A stretch of DNA of 64,000 bases from an uncultured Actinomycetes bacterium (lineage in GTDB: Bacteria > Actinomycetota > UBA4738 > HRBIN12): the NCBI GenBank assembly GCA_963816425.1, contig CAWFKP010000006.1, forward strand, positions 555,678 to 619,677, in the 5' to 3' direction. Each line of letters starts with the position of its first letter. The stretch's first letter is position 1. The translations under genes and the position numbers were made by a program. Positions 54,484 to 62,888 of this stretch are shown here, in pieces. The notes beneath the pieces were generated by a model. That model saw nothing but the letters and a program-made list of their open reading frames with translations. It was not told where the DNA came from and made no database searches.

Positions 54484-54879
54484 TCACTCCTGTTGGTCGG
54501 GCAGCGACCCCGGGAGGGGATGGGGTTCGCCGTCCGTGCCGGCCTCGACGATGCCCAGATCCGTGGCGCGCTGCAGGTACTCGGTCCGCTCGATGTCGCC
54601 GCGAGCGTAGCGGACGCGCAGTTCCTCCTGGGCGTGGTCGCGGGGCGGGAGCGCCGGCGGCGGGCCCATCGGCGCTCCCACCCCCGCGAGTGCGGGCGCC
54701 GGCTGCGAGGTGAGTCGCAGGACGCCCCAGACGATGACGCCGATCAGGACCGCGAGCAGGAGCAGCGGCAGCAGGTGCACCGGTCCACTCCACCAGGCGT
54801 CGTGCTGCACGAACTGCGCCATGTCGGGTTGCATGGTTCCCCCGGGCATCCCGGGTCCGGCTGGTCCGTTCGGATACAT
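54484..54879 (-). CDS. SHOCT-domain membrane protein
   Basis: ATG 54879 (AGGAGG 4 nt upstream) inside ORF 54484-55875. One TM segment (LLPLLLLAVLIGVIVWGVL), a Pro-rich linker, and the SHOCT-like ELRVRYARGDIERTEYLQR. It ends 2 nt before the regulator start. Confidence 0.65.
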   Translation of the reverse strand: MYPNGPAGPGMPGGTMQPDMAQFVQHDAWWSGPVHLLPLLLLAVLIGVIVWGVLRLTSQPAPALAGVGAPMGPPPALPPRDHAQEELRVRYARGDIERTEYLQRATDLGIVEAGTDGEPHPLPGSLPDQQE

Positions 54880-54986
54880 GGGTCCTCCTGGTGCCGATGC
54901 CGCCGGGCCGTCCCGGTGGCTCCACCCCGAAGTCCAACACCCGAAGCTGGGGACCCGCTGTGAGGCAGCGCAGGATCGGCGGAGCG

Positions 54987-56051
54987 TCAGCCCACGAGGC
55001 GGTACGCGCGGAAGACGTCGTGCTCGATCGGCAGGACCTCGATGTCGGCGAACCCCGCCTCCTGCGCATAACGGCGCAGCGTGTCGGGTCGCATCACGGT
55101 GCCGGTGCCGACCGATCCCGGGCTGCTCATCCCGTCGGGCAGGCACACGAGCAGACTGAAGCCGTACATCAACCGGTCGACGTCGTTCCCCGGCGCTTCG
55201 AACCGCTCGGCGACGCCCTCGTCGACGACCATCACGAGCCCTCGGTCCGCGGCGAGCCGCCGCATCGCCGAGAGCACCTTCGCCGGATAGGGCATGTCGT
55301 GGATGCACTCGATCGCCTGGACGAGGTCGTACCCGCCGCCCGGGTCCGCCTCGGCGGCGTCTCGATCGTGGAAGGTGACGCGGTCGCTCACGCCCATCGC
55401 GATCGCGTTCTCGCGCGCGCGGTCCACGGACCACTCGTCGATGTCGTACCCGTCGACGGTCGCCTCCGGGTAGGCGAGCGCGATCGCGATCGAGGACCAG
55501 CCGGTGCCGCAGCCGATATCGGCAACCCGCCCGCCGGCGCGCAGCGCATCGTCGACGCCGGGCAGCTGCGGGATCCACTCGCTGCCCAGCTTGGACAGGA
55601 ACAGCGGTCGGTTCGTGTCGCTCTGTCCGGTGAGCATGTCGTCGCCGAATCGCTCCCACGTGACGCCGCCTCCGGTCCGGAACGCGGTCATCAGCTCCGG
55701 CATCGCCTGCAGCGCCGCGGTGAGCGCCCGCGCGACACCCGCGGAGTAGGCCAACGAATCGCGGTCCAGCAGCACCGCGGCGTGTGCTCCGGGGAGCGCG
55801 TAGCGCCGAGCCGCCGCGTCGGCGCCCGGATCGTCGACGAGCAGGTAGCCGTTCGCCGCCTGGTGCTCGAGCCATTCACGCGCGTAGCGCTCGTGGATGC
55901 CGGCGCGCTCGGCGAGCTCCGCCGACGTCGCCGGAGCGTCCGCGACCGCCTGGTAGAGGCCGAGCTTGTCGCCGAGGTAGATCCCGGCGAGCTCCATCGC
56001 TCCCTGGATCGATCCGAACACCTTGCTTGCGAAGACGTCTACGTCATCCAT
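54987..56051 (-). CDS. class I SAM-dependent methyltransferase with N-terminal winged-helix/dimerisation domain
   Basis: 354 aa. SAM motif VADIGCGTGWSSIAIA. The N-terminus LGLYQAVADAPATSAELAERAGIHERYAREWL is typical of O-methyltransferase-like regulator-fold domains. Confidence 0.75.
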   Translation of the reverse strand: MDDVDVFASKVFGSIQGAMELAGIYLGDKLGLYQAVADAPATSAELAERAGIHERYAREWLEHQAANGYLLVDDPGADAAARRYALPGAHAAVLLDRDSLAYSAGVARALTAALQAMPELMTAFRTGGGVTWERFGDDMLTGQSDTNRPLFLSKLGSEWIPQLPGVDDALRAGGRVADIGCGTGWSSIAIALAYPEATVDGYDIDEWSVDRARENAIAMGVSDRVTFHDRDAAEADPGGGYDLVQAIECIHDMPYPAKVLSAMRRLAADRGLVMVVDEGVAERFEAPGNDVDRLMYGFSLLVCLPDGMSSPGSVGTGTVMRPDTLRRYAQEAGFADIEVLPIEHDVFRAYRLVG

Positions 56052-56189
56052 CGAACCACCCCCCGGCGGAACCCTAGACGAGCCTCGCCGGCGGCGCGAC
56101 CCGCCGGTGTTTGGCGCAGGTCACCCCCATGTGTCACGATGCGCCGGCAACGAGCAACGCCCCGTGGTGACCGAGCGACGCGCGTCGTT

Positions 56190-56395
56190 CGGGCGGGGCC
56201 GCATGGTGCGGCCCCGTAGGGAAGCCGGTGTGAATCCGGCACGGTCGCGCCACTGTGACCGGGGAGCGTACCCGACGGAACCACTGGGATCGGTGCGTCG
56301 CAGGCTATCTGGCCTGGCGGCGACGATCCTGGGAAGGCCGGGGAAGCGACGATCCGGGAGTCAGGAAACCTGCCGGGGGGCTGAGTCCGACGGCC
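56190..56395 (+). promoter_or_regulatory. cobalamin (B12) riboswitch
   Basis: Conserved core read directly: GGGAAGCCGGTGTGAATCCGGCACGGTCGCGCCACTGTGACCGGGGAGC, GAACCACTGGG, GGGAAGGCCGGG, and the B12 box GAGTCAGGAAACCTGCC. It lies just upstream of the RBS and start of a B12-type ABC binding protein. Confidence 0.85.
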
Positions 56396-56422
56396 GCGCG
56401 CTCGGCCGGGAAGGAGTCACCT

Positions 56423-57364
56423 GTGCACCGGATCCGTTCCCTCGGGAGTCTGTTCCTGCTCGCCCTCTGCCTGGTCGCGTCCGCGTGTGCCTCCGCGAGC
56501 TCGTCCACCTCGGCCGCCGCGGCCGGCACGAGTGCAACGCCCTTCCCCGTGACGGTCGAGGCCGCCAACGGCTCCGTCACGCTCGATGCGGCGCCGACCA
56601 CGATCGTGTCGATGTCGCCCACGGCCACCGAGATGCTCTTCGCGGTCGGCGCGGGCGAGCAGGTGGTCGCCGCCGACAGCTACTCCAACTACCCGGCCGA
56701 GGCGCCGACGACCGAGCTCTCGGCGTATGAGCCGAACGTCGAGGCGATCGCCGCGTACGAGCCGGACCTCGTCGTGTATGCCGACGACCTGGGCGACCTC
56801 CAGAAGTCCTTGGACAAGCTGCACATCCCCGCGATCCAGCAACCCGCCGCGGTCACGATCGACGACGTGTACGCGCAGCTCCAGCAGCTCGGACAGATCA
56901 CCGGACACGATGCGGAGGCGACGGCGGAGGTCCAGGACCTGCAGGCGGAGGTCGCCGCCGTGGCCGCGTCGGTCGGCGACGCCGGCTCCGGCATGACGTA
57001 TTACTACGAGCTGGATGACACCTACTACTCCGTGACCTCCGACACCTTCATCGGCAACCTGCTCGGGCAGCTCGGGCTGCAGAACATCGCCGACGAGGCG
57101 AAGGGCGCGAGCTCCGGGTATCCGCAGCTGTCCGCCGAGTACGTGGTCGCGGCCGATCCCGACCTGATCCTGCTCGCCGACACGAAATGCTGCGGCCAGG
57201 ACGCGGCGAGCGTTGCGAAGCGACCCGGGTGGAGCAACCTGACGGCCGTGCAGGACGGCGGCGTCGTCGAGCTGGACGACGACATCGCCTCGCGGTGGGG
57301 CCCGCGGATCGTCCAGCTGCTCCAACAGGTCGGCGACGCCGTGCAGCAGCAGGCGGCCGCATGA
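56423..57364 (+). CDS. ABC transporter substrate-binding lipoprotein (BtuF/FecB-type, cobalamin/siderophore class)
   Basis: GTG 56423 follows GGGAAGGAG. Lipobox LVASAC. Periplasmic-binding-protein type 2 pattern (IVSMSPTATEMLFAVGAG, PDLILLAD). Confidence 0.8.
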   Translation: MHRIRSLGSLFLLALCLVASACASASSSTSAAAAGTSATPFPVTVEAANGSVTLDAAPTTIVSMSPTATEMLFAVGAGEQVVAADSYSNYPAEAPTTELSAYEPNVEAIAAYEPDLVVYADDLGDLQKSLDKLHIPAIQQPAAVTIDDVYAQLQQLGQITGHDAEATAEVQDLQAEVAAVAASVGDAGSGMTYYYELDDTYYSVTSDTFIGNLLGQLGLQNIADEAKGASSGYPQLSAEYVVAADPDLILLADTKCCGQDAASVAKRPGWSNLTAVQDGGVVELDDDIASRWGPRIVQLLQQVGDAVQQQAAA

Positions 57365-57442
57365 GGCACGCCGCCCGGCTGGAAGGCGCCCAGCTGGCGC
57401 CCGAGCGATCGGGGCCGCCGGTCTTCGAGCGCCAGGCGCCGG

Positions 57443-58429
57443 ATGCTGCGCTGGACGGTCGTCGGGTTCGGCGTGCTGTTCGTGTCCGTGCTGATCGGCT
57501 TGTTCGCAGGCGCGATCCGGATCCCGCCGATCGGGATCCTCGGCTGGATGGTCGGGGACGGCACCCTGACCGAGCAACAGCGGGCGATCCTCGCCCAGCT
57601 CCGCCTGCCGAGGGTCGTGCTGGCCGGGCTGGTGGGCGCCGCCCTGTCGGTGTCGGGCTGCGCCTACCAGGCCGCGTTCCGCAACCCGCTGGCCGACCCC
57701 TACCTGCTCGGCTCGGCGGCCGGTGCCGGGCTCGGCGCGACGATGGTGATCGTGCTCGGTGTGTCCGACGCGCCGCTGGCGCTGCCGGCGGCCGCGTTCG
57801 CGGGCGCTTTGTGCGGTGTCGGGCTCGCGTATCTGATGGCCTCGACCCGGGCGGCCGGTCGCACGTCCACGTCGCTGCTGCTCGCAGGGGTGGCGGTCGC
57901 GTCGTTCCTCACCGCGCTGCAGACGTACGTGCAGCAACGCGACACCGACGACCTGCGAGCGGTGTACGCCTTCATCCTCGGCAGGCTCACGACCGGTGGG
58001 TGGCACGAGGTGCTCCTCGCCCTGCCGTGGGTGGTGCTGGCCTCGGCCATCCTGCTCGCGTCGCGACGGTTGCTCGAGGTGCTGTCGCTCGGCGACCTGG
58101 AGGCCGCGAGCCTGGGCGCGAACGTGGCGCGCGACCGTGCGATCGTCGTGATCGCCGCCTCGCTCGCGACGGCGGCTGCGGTCGCGGTCGCGGGGCTCAT
58201 CGGCTTCGTCGGGCTGATCGTGCCGCACGCCGTGCGGATGGCGACCGGCGCGAGCCATCGCCAGGTCGTCGGATTGTCGCTCCTGTTCGGGGCGTCGTTC
58301 CTGATCCTGTGCGACGTGCTCGCGCGCACCGTCGTCGCGCCCGGGGAGCTGCCGATCGGCGTGATCACGGCGATGATCGGCGCCCCGTTCTTCGCGTTCG
58401 TCCTGCGCCGCTCGGGAGGTGCCCGGTGA
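57443..58429 (+). CDS. FecCD/BtuC-family ABC permease
   Basis: 328 aa, about 9-10 TM segments. Family motifs LRLPRVVLAGLVGAALSVSG, FRNPLADPYLLG, and the C-terminal ELPIGVITAMIGAPFF. Confidence 0.85.
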   Translation: MLRWTVVGFGVLFVSVLIGLFAGAIRIPPIGILGWMVGDGTLTEQQRAILAQLRLPRVVLAGLVGAALSVSGCAYQAAFRNPLADPYLLGSAAGAGLGATMVIVLGVSDAPLALPAAAFAGALCGVGLAYLMASTRAAGRTSTSLLLAGVAVASFLTALQTYVQQRDTDDLRAVYAFILGRLTTGGWHEVLLALPWVVLASAILLASRRLLEVLSLGDLEAASLGANVARDRAIVVIAASLATAAAVAVAGLIGFVGLIVPHAVRMATGASHRQVVGLSLLFGASFLILCDVLARTVVAPGELPIGVITAMIGAPFFAFVLRRSGGAR

Positions 58430-59211
58430 TCGTGGCGCGCGAGCTTCGGGTGACACGCGGGCGGCGCGAGGTCGTCCACGGCGTGTCGCTGGAGGTGCCG
58501 GCCGGCGCGTGGCTGTCCATCGTCGGCCCGAACGGGGCGGGCAAGTCCTCGATGCTGCTCGCGATCGCGGGCCTCCTGCCGGCGTCGGGCACGGTGACCC
58601 TGGACGGGCGATCCTTGCGCGACCTGCCGGTCCGGGCGCGGGCGCGCATGGTCGCGCTGGTGCCGCAGCAGCCGGTCGTCCCGGAGTCGTTGACCGTCGC
58701 CGAGTACGTGCTGCTCGGGCGCACGCCGCACCTGTCGTTGTTCGGCTCCGAGGCGGGGCGCGACCACGAGCAGGCCGCGCGGGTGCTGGCCACCGTCGAT
58801 CTCGCGTGGGCGGCGGACCGTCTCGTCACGACGCTGTCCGGTGGTGAGTTCCATCGCGCGGTCGTCGGGCGCGCCCTCGCCCAGGAGGCGCGTGTGCTCG
58901 TGCTCGACGAGCCGACCAGCGGCCTCGACCTCGGGCATCAACTGCAGGTGCTCGAGCTCGTGGATCAGCTTCGTCGCACACGGGGCATCACCGTCGTGTC
59001 GGCGATGCACGACCTGACGCTGGCCGCTCGGTATTCGGATCGGATCGCGCTGCTCGTCGACGGCCAACTCGTCGCGGACGGTCCGCCGGCCGCCGTGTTG
59101 CGGGCCGACGTGCTGGAGCGTCACTACGGCGTGGCGGTGCACGTGATGCGCGGTCCCAACGGCGAACTGATCGTCGTGCCCGCGGCCGCGCCCGCCGCGG
59201 TGCGGCCATGA
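58426..59211 (+). CDS. ABC transporter ATP-binding protein (BtuD/FecE-like)
   Basis: GTG 58426 in a GTGA overlap. Walker A GPNGAGKSS, signature LSGGEF, Walker B VLVLDEPTSGLD, H-loop AMHD. Confidence 0.85.
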   Translation: MIVARELRVTRGRREVVHGVSLEVPAGAWLSIVGPNGAGKSSMLLAIAGLLPASGTVTLDGRSLRDLPVRARARMVALVPQQPVVPESLTVAEYVLLGRTPHLSLFGSEAGRDHEQAARVLATVDLAWAADRLVTTLSGGEFHRAVVGRALAQEARVLVLDEPTSGLDLGHQLQVLELVDQLRRTRGITVVSAMHDLTLAARYSDRIALLVDGQLVADGPPAAVLRADVLERHYGVAVHVMRGPNGELIVVPAAAPAAVRP

Positions 59212-59771
59212 GCGAGCACCCGCCGATCGAGGCGCCACCGCGGGCCGAGCGTCGGGTCGCGTCGCTGGTCGTCGTCCACACCGGCGACGGCAAGGGCAAG
59301 ACCACCGCCGCGATGGGGATCGCGATGCGTGCGGTCGGGCACGGTCGCCGGGTCGCCGTCGTGCAGTTCATGAAGTCGGGACGCTGGCGCTCCGGGGAGC
59401 GCCTCGCGGGCGAGCGTCTCGGGATCGACTGGTCCGTGATCGGCGACGGCTTCACGTGGGACAGCGAGGATCTTGAGGCCGCCGCCGACATCGCGCGCGA
59501 GGCCTGGGCGCACGCGGCCGCGACGATCGCCGCGGGCGAGCACGACCTCGTCGTGTTGGACGAGATCACCTATCCGATGCAGTGGGCGTGGATCCCGGTC
59601 GAGGACGTGTTGGCCGCGCTGCGCGACCGTCCCGAGCGTGTCTCCGTGGTGCTGACCGGTCGCGACGCGCCCGCCGACCTCGTGGCGCTGGCCGACACGG
59701 TCAGCGAGAGCGCGAACACGAAGCACGCGTTCGACGACGGCGTCGCCGCCCTCGAAGGGATCGACTACTGA
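59208..59771 (+). CDS. cobO: cob(I)yrinic acid a,c-diamide / cob(I)alamin adenosyltransferase (CobO/BtuR type)
   Basis: ATGA overlap at 59208. HTGDGKGKTTAAMG P-loop, VVQFMKS, LVVLDEITY. Confidence 0.85.
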   Translation: MSEHPPIEAPPRAERRVASLVVVHTGDGKGKTTAAMGIAMRAVGHGRRVAVVQFMKSGRWRSGERLAGERLGIDWSVIGDGFTWDSEDLEAAADIAREAWAHAAATIAAGEHDLVVLDEITYPMQWAWIPVEDVLAALRDRPERVSVVLTGRDAPADLVALADTVSESANTKHAFDDGVAALEGIDY

Positions 59772-60313
59772 TGCCCATGACGGTGCTGCTGGGCGGGGCC
59801 GCGAGCGGCAAGTCGCGCACCGCCGCCGCGCTCGCCGCGGGCTCGGGGCGGCCCGTGACCGTGCTCGCGACGGCCGAGGCGTTGGACGAGGAGATGGCCG
59901 AGCGGATCGCGCGACATCGGGCCGAGCGGCCCGCCGCATGGACCGTGATCGAGGAGCCGATCGCACTTGCTGCGGCCATCGAGCGAACCGCGATGGATGA
60001 CACGCTGATCGTGGATTGCCTGACGTTGTGGGTCTCGAACATGCTGGCCGACGGCGCGACGAGTGACGACGACGTGCTCGCGGCTGCGGCGGCGGCGGCG
60101 AAGGCGTGCGCCGCCCGCGGGGCGCCGACGATCGTCGTGTCCAACGAGGTCGGCGCGGGCATCGTGCCGATGCACCCGCTCGCCCGGCGCTATCGGGACC
60201 TGCTGGGGCGCGTGAACGCCGCGTTCGCGGGCGCGGCGGGCACGGTCGCGTTGATGGTGGCGGGGCGCGCGGTGACGCTCTCGGACCCGCTGACGACCCT
60301 GGGCGACCGATGA
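59771..60313 (+). CDS. cobU: bifunctional adenosylcobinamide kinase / adenosylcobinamide-phosphate guanylyltransferase
   Basis: TGATG overlap. P-loop GGAASGKS, IVDCLTLWVSN, VSNEVGAGIVP. Confidence 0.8.
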   Translation: MPMTVLLGGAASGKSRTAAALAAGSGRPVTVLATAEALDEEMAERIARHRAERPAAWTVIEEPIALAAAIERTAMDDTLIVDCLTLWVSNMLADGATSDDDVLAAAAAAAKACAARGAPTIVVSNEVGAGIVPMHPLARRYRDLLGRVNAAFAGAAGTVALMVAGRAVTLSDPLTTLGDR

Positions 60314-61311
60314 GCCTGCTCGACACGCTCCTGCGCGATCTGCCCGAACCGGACGAGGCCGCCCGCGATGCGGTCACCGCTCGCGCCGCATCGGTGCTTC
60401 GCCCGACCGGCGCGCTCGCCCGTCTCGACGAGGTGGCGGCCTGGCTCGCCGCCTGGCAGCGGACCGAGCGCCCGGCAGTGCGAACGCCGCACGCCGTCGT
60501 CTTCGCCGCCGACCACGGGGTGGCGGCGGCCGGCGTGAGCGCCTACCCGGCCGAGGTCACGGTCGCGATGTTGGACGCCCTCGAGAAGGGCGCGGCGACG
60601 TCGGCGGCGATGGCCAAGGCGATCGGCGTCGAGCTCGAGGTGGTCGATGTCGGCGTGGCGCGGCCGACCGGCGACCTGCGGATCGAGCCGGCGATGGACC
60701 CGGAGCGGTTCGACGACGCCGTTCGCGCCGGGATCGAGGCCGTCGACCGGGCGGCGACGGCGGGCGCGGACCTGCTCGTCTTCGGCGAGATGGGGATCGG
60801 CAACACGACGACGGCCGCCGCGGTCGTCGCCACGCTCTTCGACGAGCCCGCGGCCGAGTGGTGCGGTCGCGGGACCGGGCTGGACGACGCCGGCGTCGCG
60901 CGCAAGGTCGCGGCCGTCGACGCCTGTCGAGCGCGAGTGCGAGCCGCGACCGAGGACCCGATCCAGATCCTGCGCGAGGCCGGCGGCGCCGAGCTCGCGG
61001 CGATCGCCGGCGCCACGGTGGCGGCGCGGCGACGGTCGATCCCCGTCGTGCTCGACGGCTACGTCGTCACCGCCGCCGTCGCCCCGCTCGCATCCGTGCG
61101 CGGTGACGCGCTCGACCACGTCGTGGCCGGTCACCGAAGCGCTGAGGCCGGCCATGGACGACTGCTCGAGCGGCTCGGGCTGGAGCCGCTGCTGGCGCTG
61201 GATCTTCGTCTCGGCGAGGGCACCGGCGCGCTGGCCGCGGTGCCGCTCGTGCAACTCGCCGCGATCGGCGTGGTCGAGGTCGCGACCTTCCAGGAGTGGG
61301 GGCTGGCGTGA
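60310..61311 (+). CDS. cobT: nicotinate-nucleotide--dimethylbenzimidazole phosphoribosyltransferase
   Basis: ATGA overlap. GEMGIGNTT, AGGAELAAIAG, LGEGTGA motifs. Confidence 0.85.
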   Translation: MSLLDTLLRDLPEPDEAARDAVTARAASVLRPTGALARLDEVAAWLAAWQRTERPAVRTPHAVVFAADHGVAAAGVSAYPAEVTVAMLDALEKGAATSAAMAKAIGVELEVVDVGVARPTGDLRIEPAMDPERFDDAVRAGIEAVDRAATAGADLLVFGEMGIGNTTTAAAVVATLFDEPAAEWCGRGTGLDDAGVARKVAAVDACRARVRAATEDPIQILREAGGAELAAIAGATVAARRRSIPVVLDGYVVTAAVAPLASVRGDALDHVVAGHRSAEAGHGRLLERLGLEPLLALDLRLGEGTGALAAVPLVQLAAIGVVEVATFQEWGLA

Positions 61312-62096
61312 GCGAGCGGGCGGCCTCGCGCGACGCCCGCCGGCCGCGCGGCTTCCTGGCGGGCGTGGCGTTCCTGACGCGGATCCCCGTGCGCGTTCCG
61401 ATCGGCGAGACGGATGTGGCGGCCTCGATCGCATGGTTCTCTGTCGTCGGTGCCCTGATCGGGACCGCGAGCGGCGCCGTGTACCTCGGTGCGCGCGAGG
61501 TGTGGCCACCGGCGATCTCGGCCCTGCTCGCCGTCGCGGTCTCCGTGGCGATCACGGGAGCGTTCCACGAGGACGGGCTGGGCGACACCGCCGATGCGTT
61601 CGGCGCGGCCTCGACCGGCCGCGATCCGCAACCGGTGCTCAAGGACCCGCGGATGGGAGCCTTCGGGGTCGTGGCCCTGGTCGGCGGTCTGGGGCTTCGC
61701 GTGGCGGGGGTCGCCGCGCTCACGCCGCGGGCCGGCCTGCTCGCACTGATCGCCGCCCACGCGTTGGCCCGCGGCGTGAGCGCGGCGGTCGTCGTGACCG
61801 CCCCGAGCGCCGCCTCGGGGCTGGGCTCGGCCTACGCGGGGCTGGCGCCGCGCTGGCGTGGATGGACGGCGTGTGCGGTCGGCATCGCGGTTGCGACGAT
61901 CTGCCTCGGCGCGGCCGGCTTCATCGCCGCCATCGTGGCCGGTCTGGCGGCCGTGGGCATCGCGCGCTGGGCCGCCCGCGTGCTGGGCGGGGTCAGCGGG
62001 GATGTGTTGGGCGCGATCGAGCAGGTCGGGGAGATCCTTACGTTGCTGATCGCGGTGGCCGCCGTCGCCCGCGGCGTCGCCGGGCCATTCGCCTGA
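61308..62096 (+). CDS. cobS: adenosylcobinamide-GDP ribazoletransferase (cobalamin synthase)
   Basis: GTGA overlap at 61308 (alternative start at 61296). Polytopic membrane protein with FLTRIPV, GAFHEDGLGDTADA and GVSGDVLGA motifs. Confidence 0.8.
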   Translation: MSERAASRDARRPRGFLAGVAFLTRIPVRVPIGETDVAASIAWFSVVGALIGTASGAVYLGAREVWPPAISALLAVAVSVAITGAFHEDGLGDTADAFGAASTGRDPQPVLKDPRMGAFGVVALVGGLGLRVAGVAALTPRAGLLALIAAHALARGVSAAVVVTAPSAASGLGSAYAGLAPRWRGWTACAVGIAVATICLGAAGFIAAIVAGLAAVGIARWAARVLGGVSGDVLGAIEQVGEILTLLIAVAAVARGVAGPFA

Positions 62097-62102
62097 TCGC
62101 GG

Positions 62103-62867
62103 TTATGCCGGGGGCCACCGGCGGAACTCCCACCGGCGAGCCATCGTGTCGAATCCCAGGCGTTGGTACAGGTCCTTCGGCCAGTCGTGCTCGTCGCCCA
62201 GGATGAACACGCGGTCGGCACCCGCGTCTCGCGCCGCCCGCGCGGCGCGCAGCACCACCGCACGCGCGACCCCGCGCCCCCGGAATTCCTCGAGGGTGTC
62301 GACGAACTCGACCTGCGCATCCGTCCCGTCGACGTATAGCTCGCACTGACCGGCGAGCACGCCCTCGATGCGGGCGACGAAGCGGCGGGCGCCGATCGCG
62401 CGCTCCCACGATTCGTGCTGGTCGACGAAGCGACGGATCCCGTCGGCGTCGATCCCTCCCTCTCGTCGGTAGATCTCCTCGGTCAGCGGCCGACTCTCCG
62501 CGAACGAACACTCCTCGGCGACGATCGAGGGCTCGCGGTCGGGAGGACGCCGGAGCACCATCTGGACGGATGGCTCCGCGACGTAGCGCGCCGCGCCGAA
62601 CCCCGGCGCGAGCCGGTCGCCGTCGGCTTCGTCGGTGACGACGACGAGGCGGTGACGGAACCCACCGAGGATGCGATCGGCGTCCTCGATCAGCGTCGCG
62701 GCGGCGAGCGTCGGCTGCCCGGGGTCGATCAGCAGGAAGTTCGAGATGAAGCGTTCCGGAACGTCGTCGTCGAAGTACGCGACCCCATGCGCGAACGGCT
62801 CGGCCCGTGTGCTCATCCCGGCGAGCAGGCGGCGTTCGAAGGCCATGAATCGGGCGAGGTCGTCCAT
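62103..62867 (-). CDS. GNAT-domain protein (C-terminal acetyltransferase fold)
   Basis: 254 aa. The C-terminal FRGRGVARAVV acetyl-CoA motif follows a non-catalytic N-domain. Confidence 0.6.
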   Translation of the reverse strand: MDDLARFMAFERRLLAGMSTRAEPFAHGVAYFDDDVPERFISNFLLIDPGQPTLAAATLIEDADRILGGFRHRLVVVTDEADGDRLAPGFGAARYVAEPSVQMVLRRPPDREPSIVAEECSFAESRPLTEEIYRREGGIDADGIRRFVDQHESWERAIGARRFVARIEGVLAGQCELYVDGTDAQVEFVDTLEEFRGRGVARAVVLRAARAARDAGADRVFILGDEHDWPKDLYQRLGFDTMARRWEFRRWPPA

Positions 62868-62888
62868 ACCGCGGAGGCTACCCGGAGC

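Noticed and set aside
54880-55875. Upstream two thirds of the 463-aa ORF 54484-55875.
   Set aside because: Only the last 131 codons (from ATG 54879, with AGGAGG upstream) look like a real protein (TM segment plus SHOCT). The rest is antisense to the well-supported methyltransferase gene 54987-56051.
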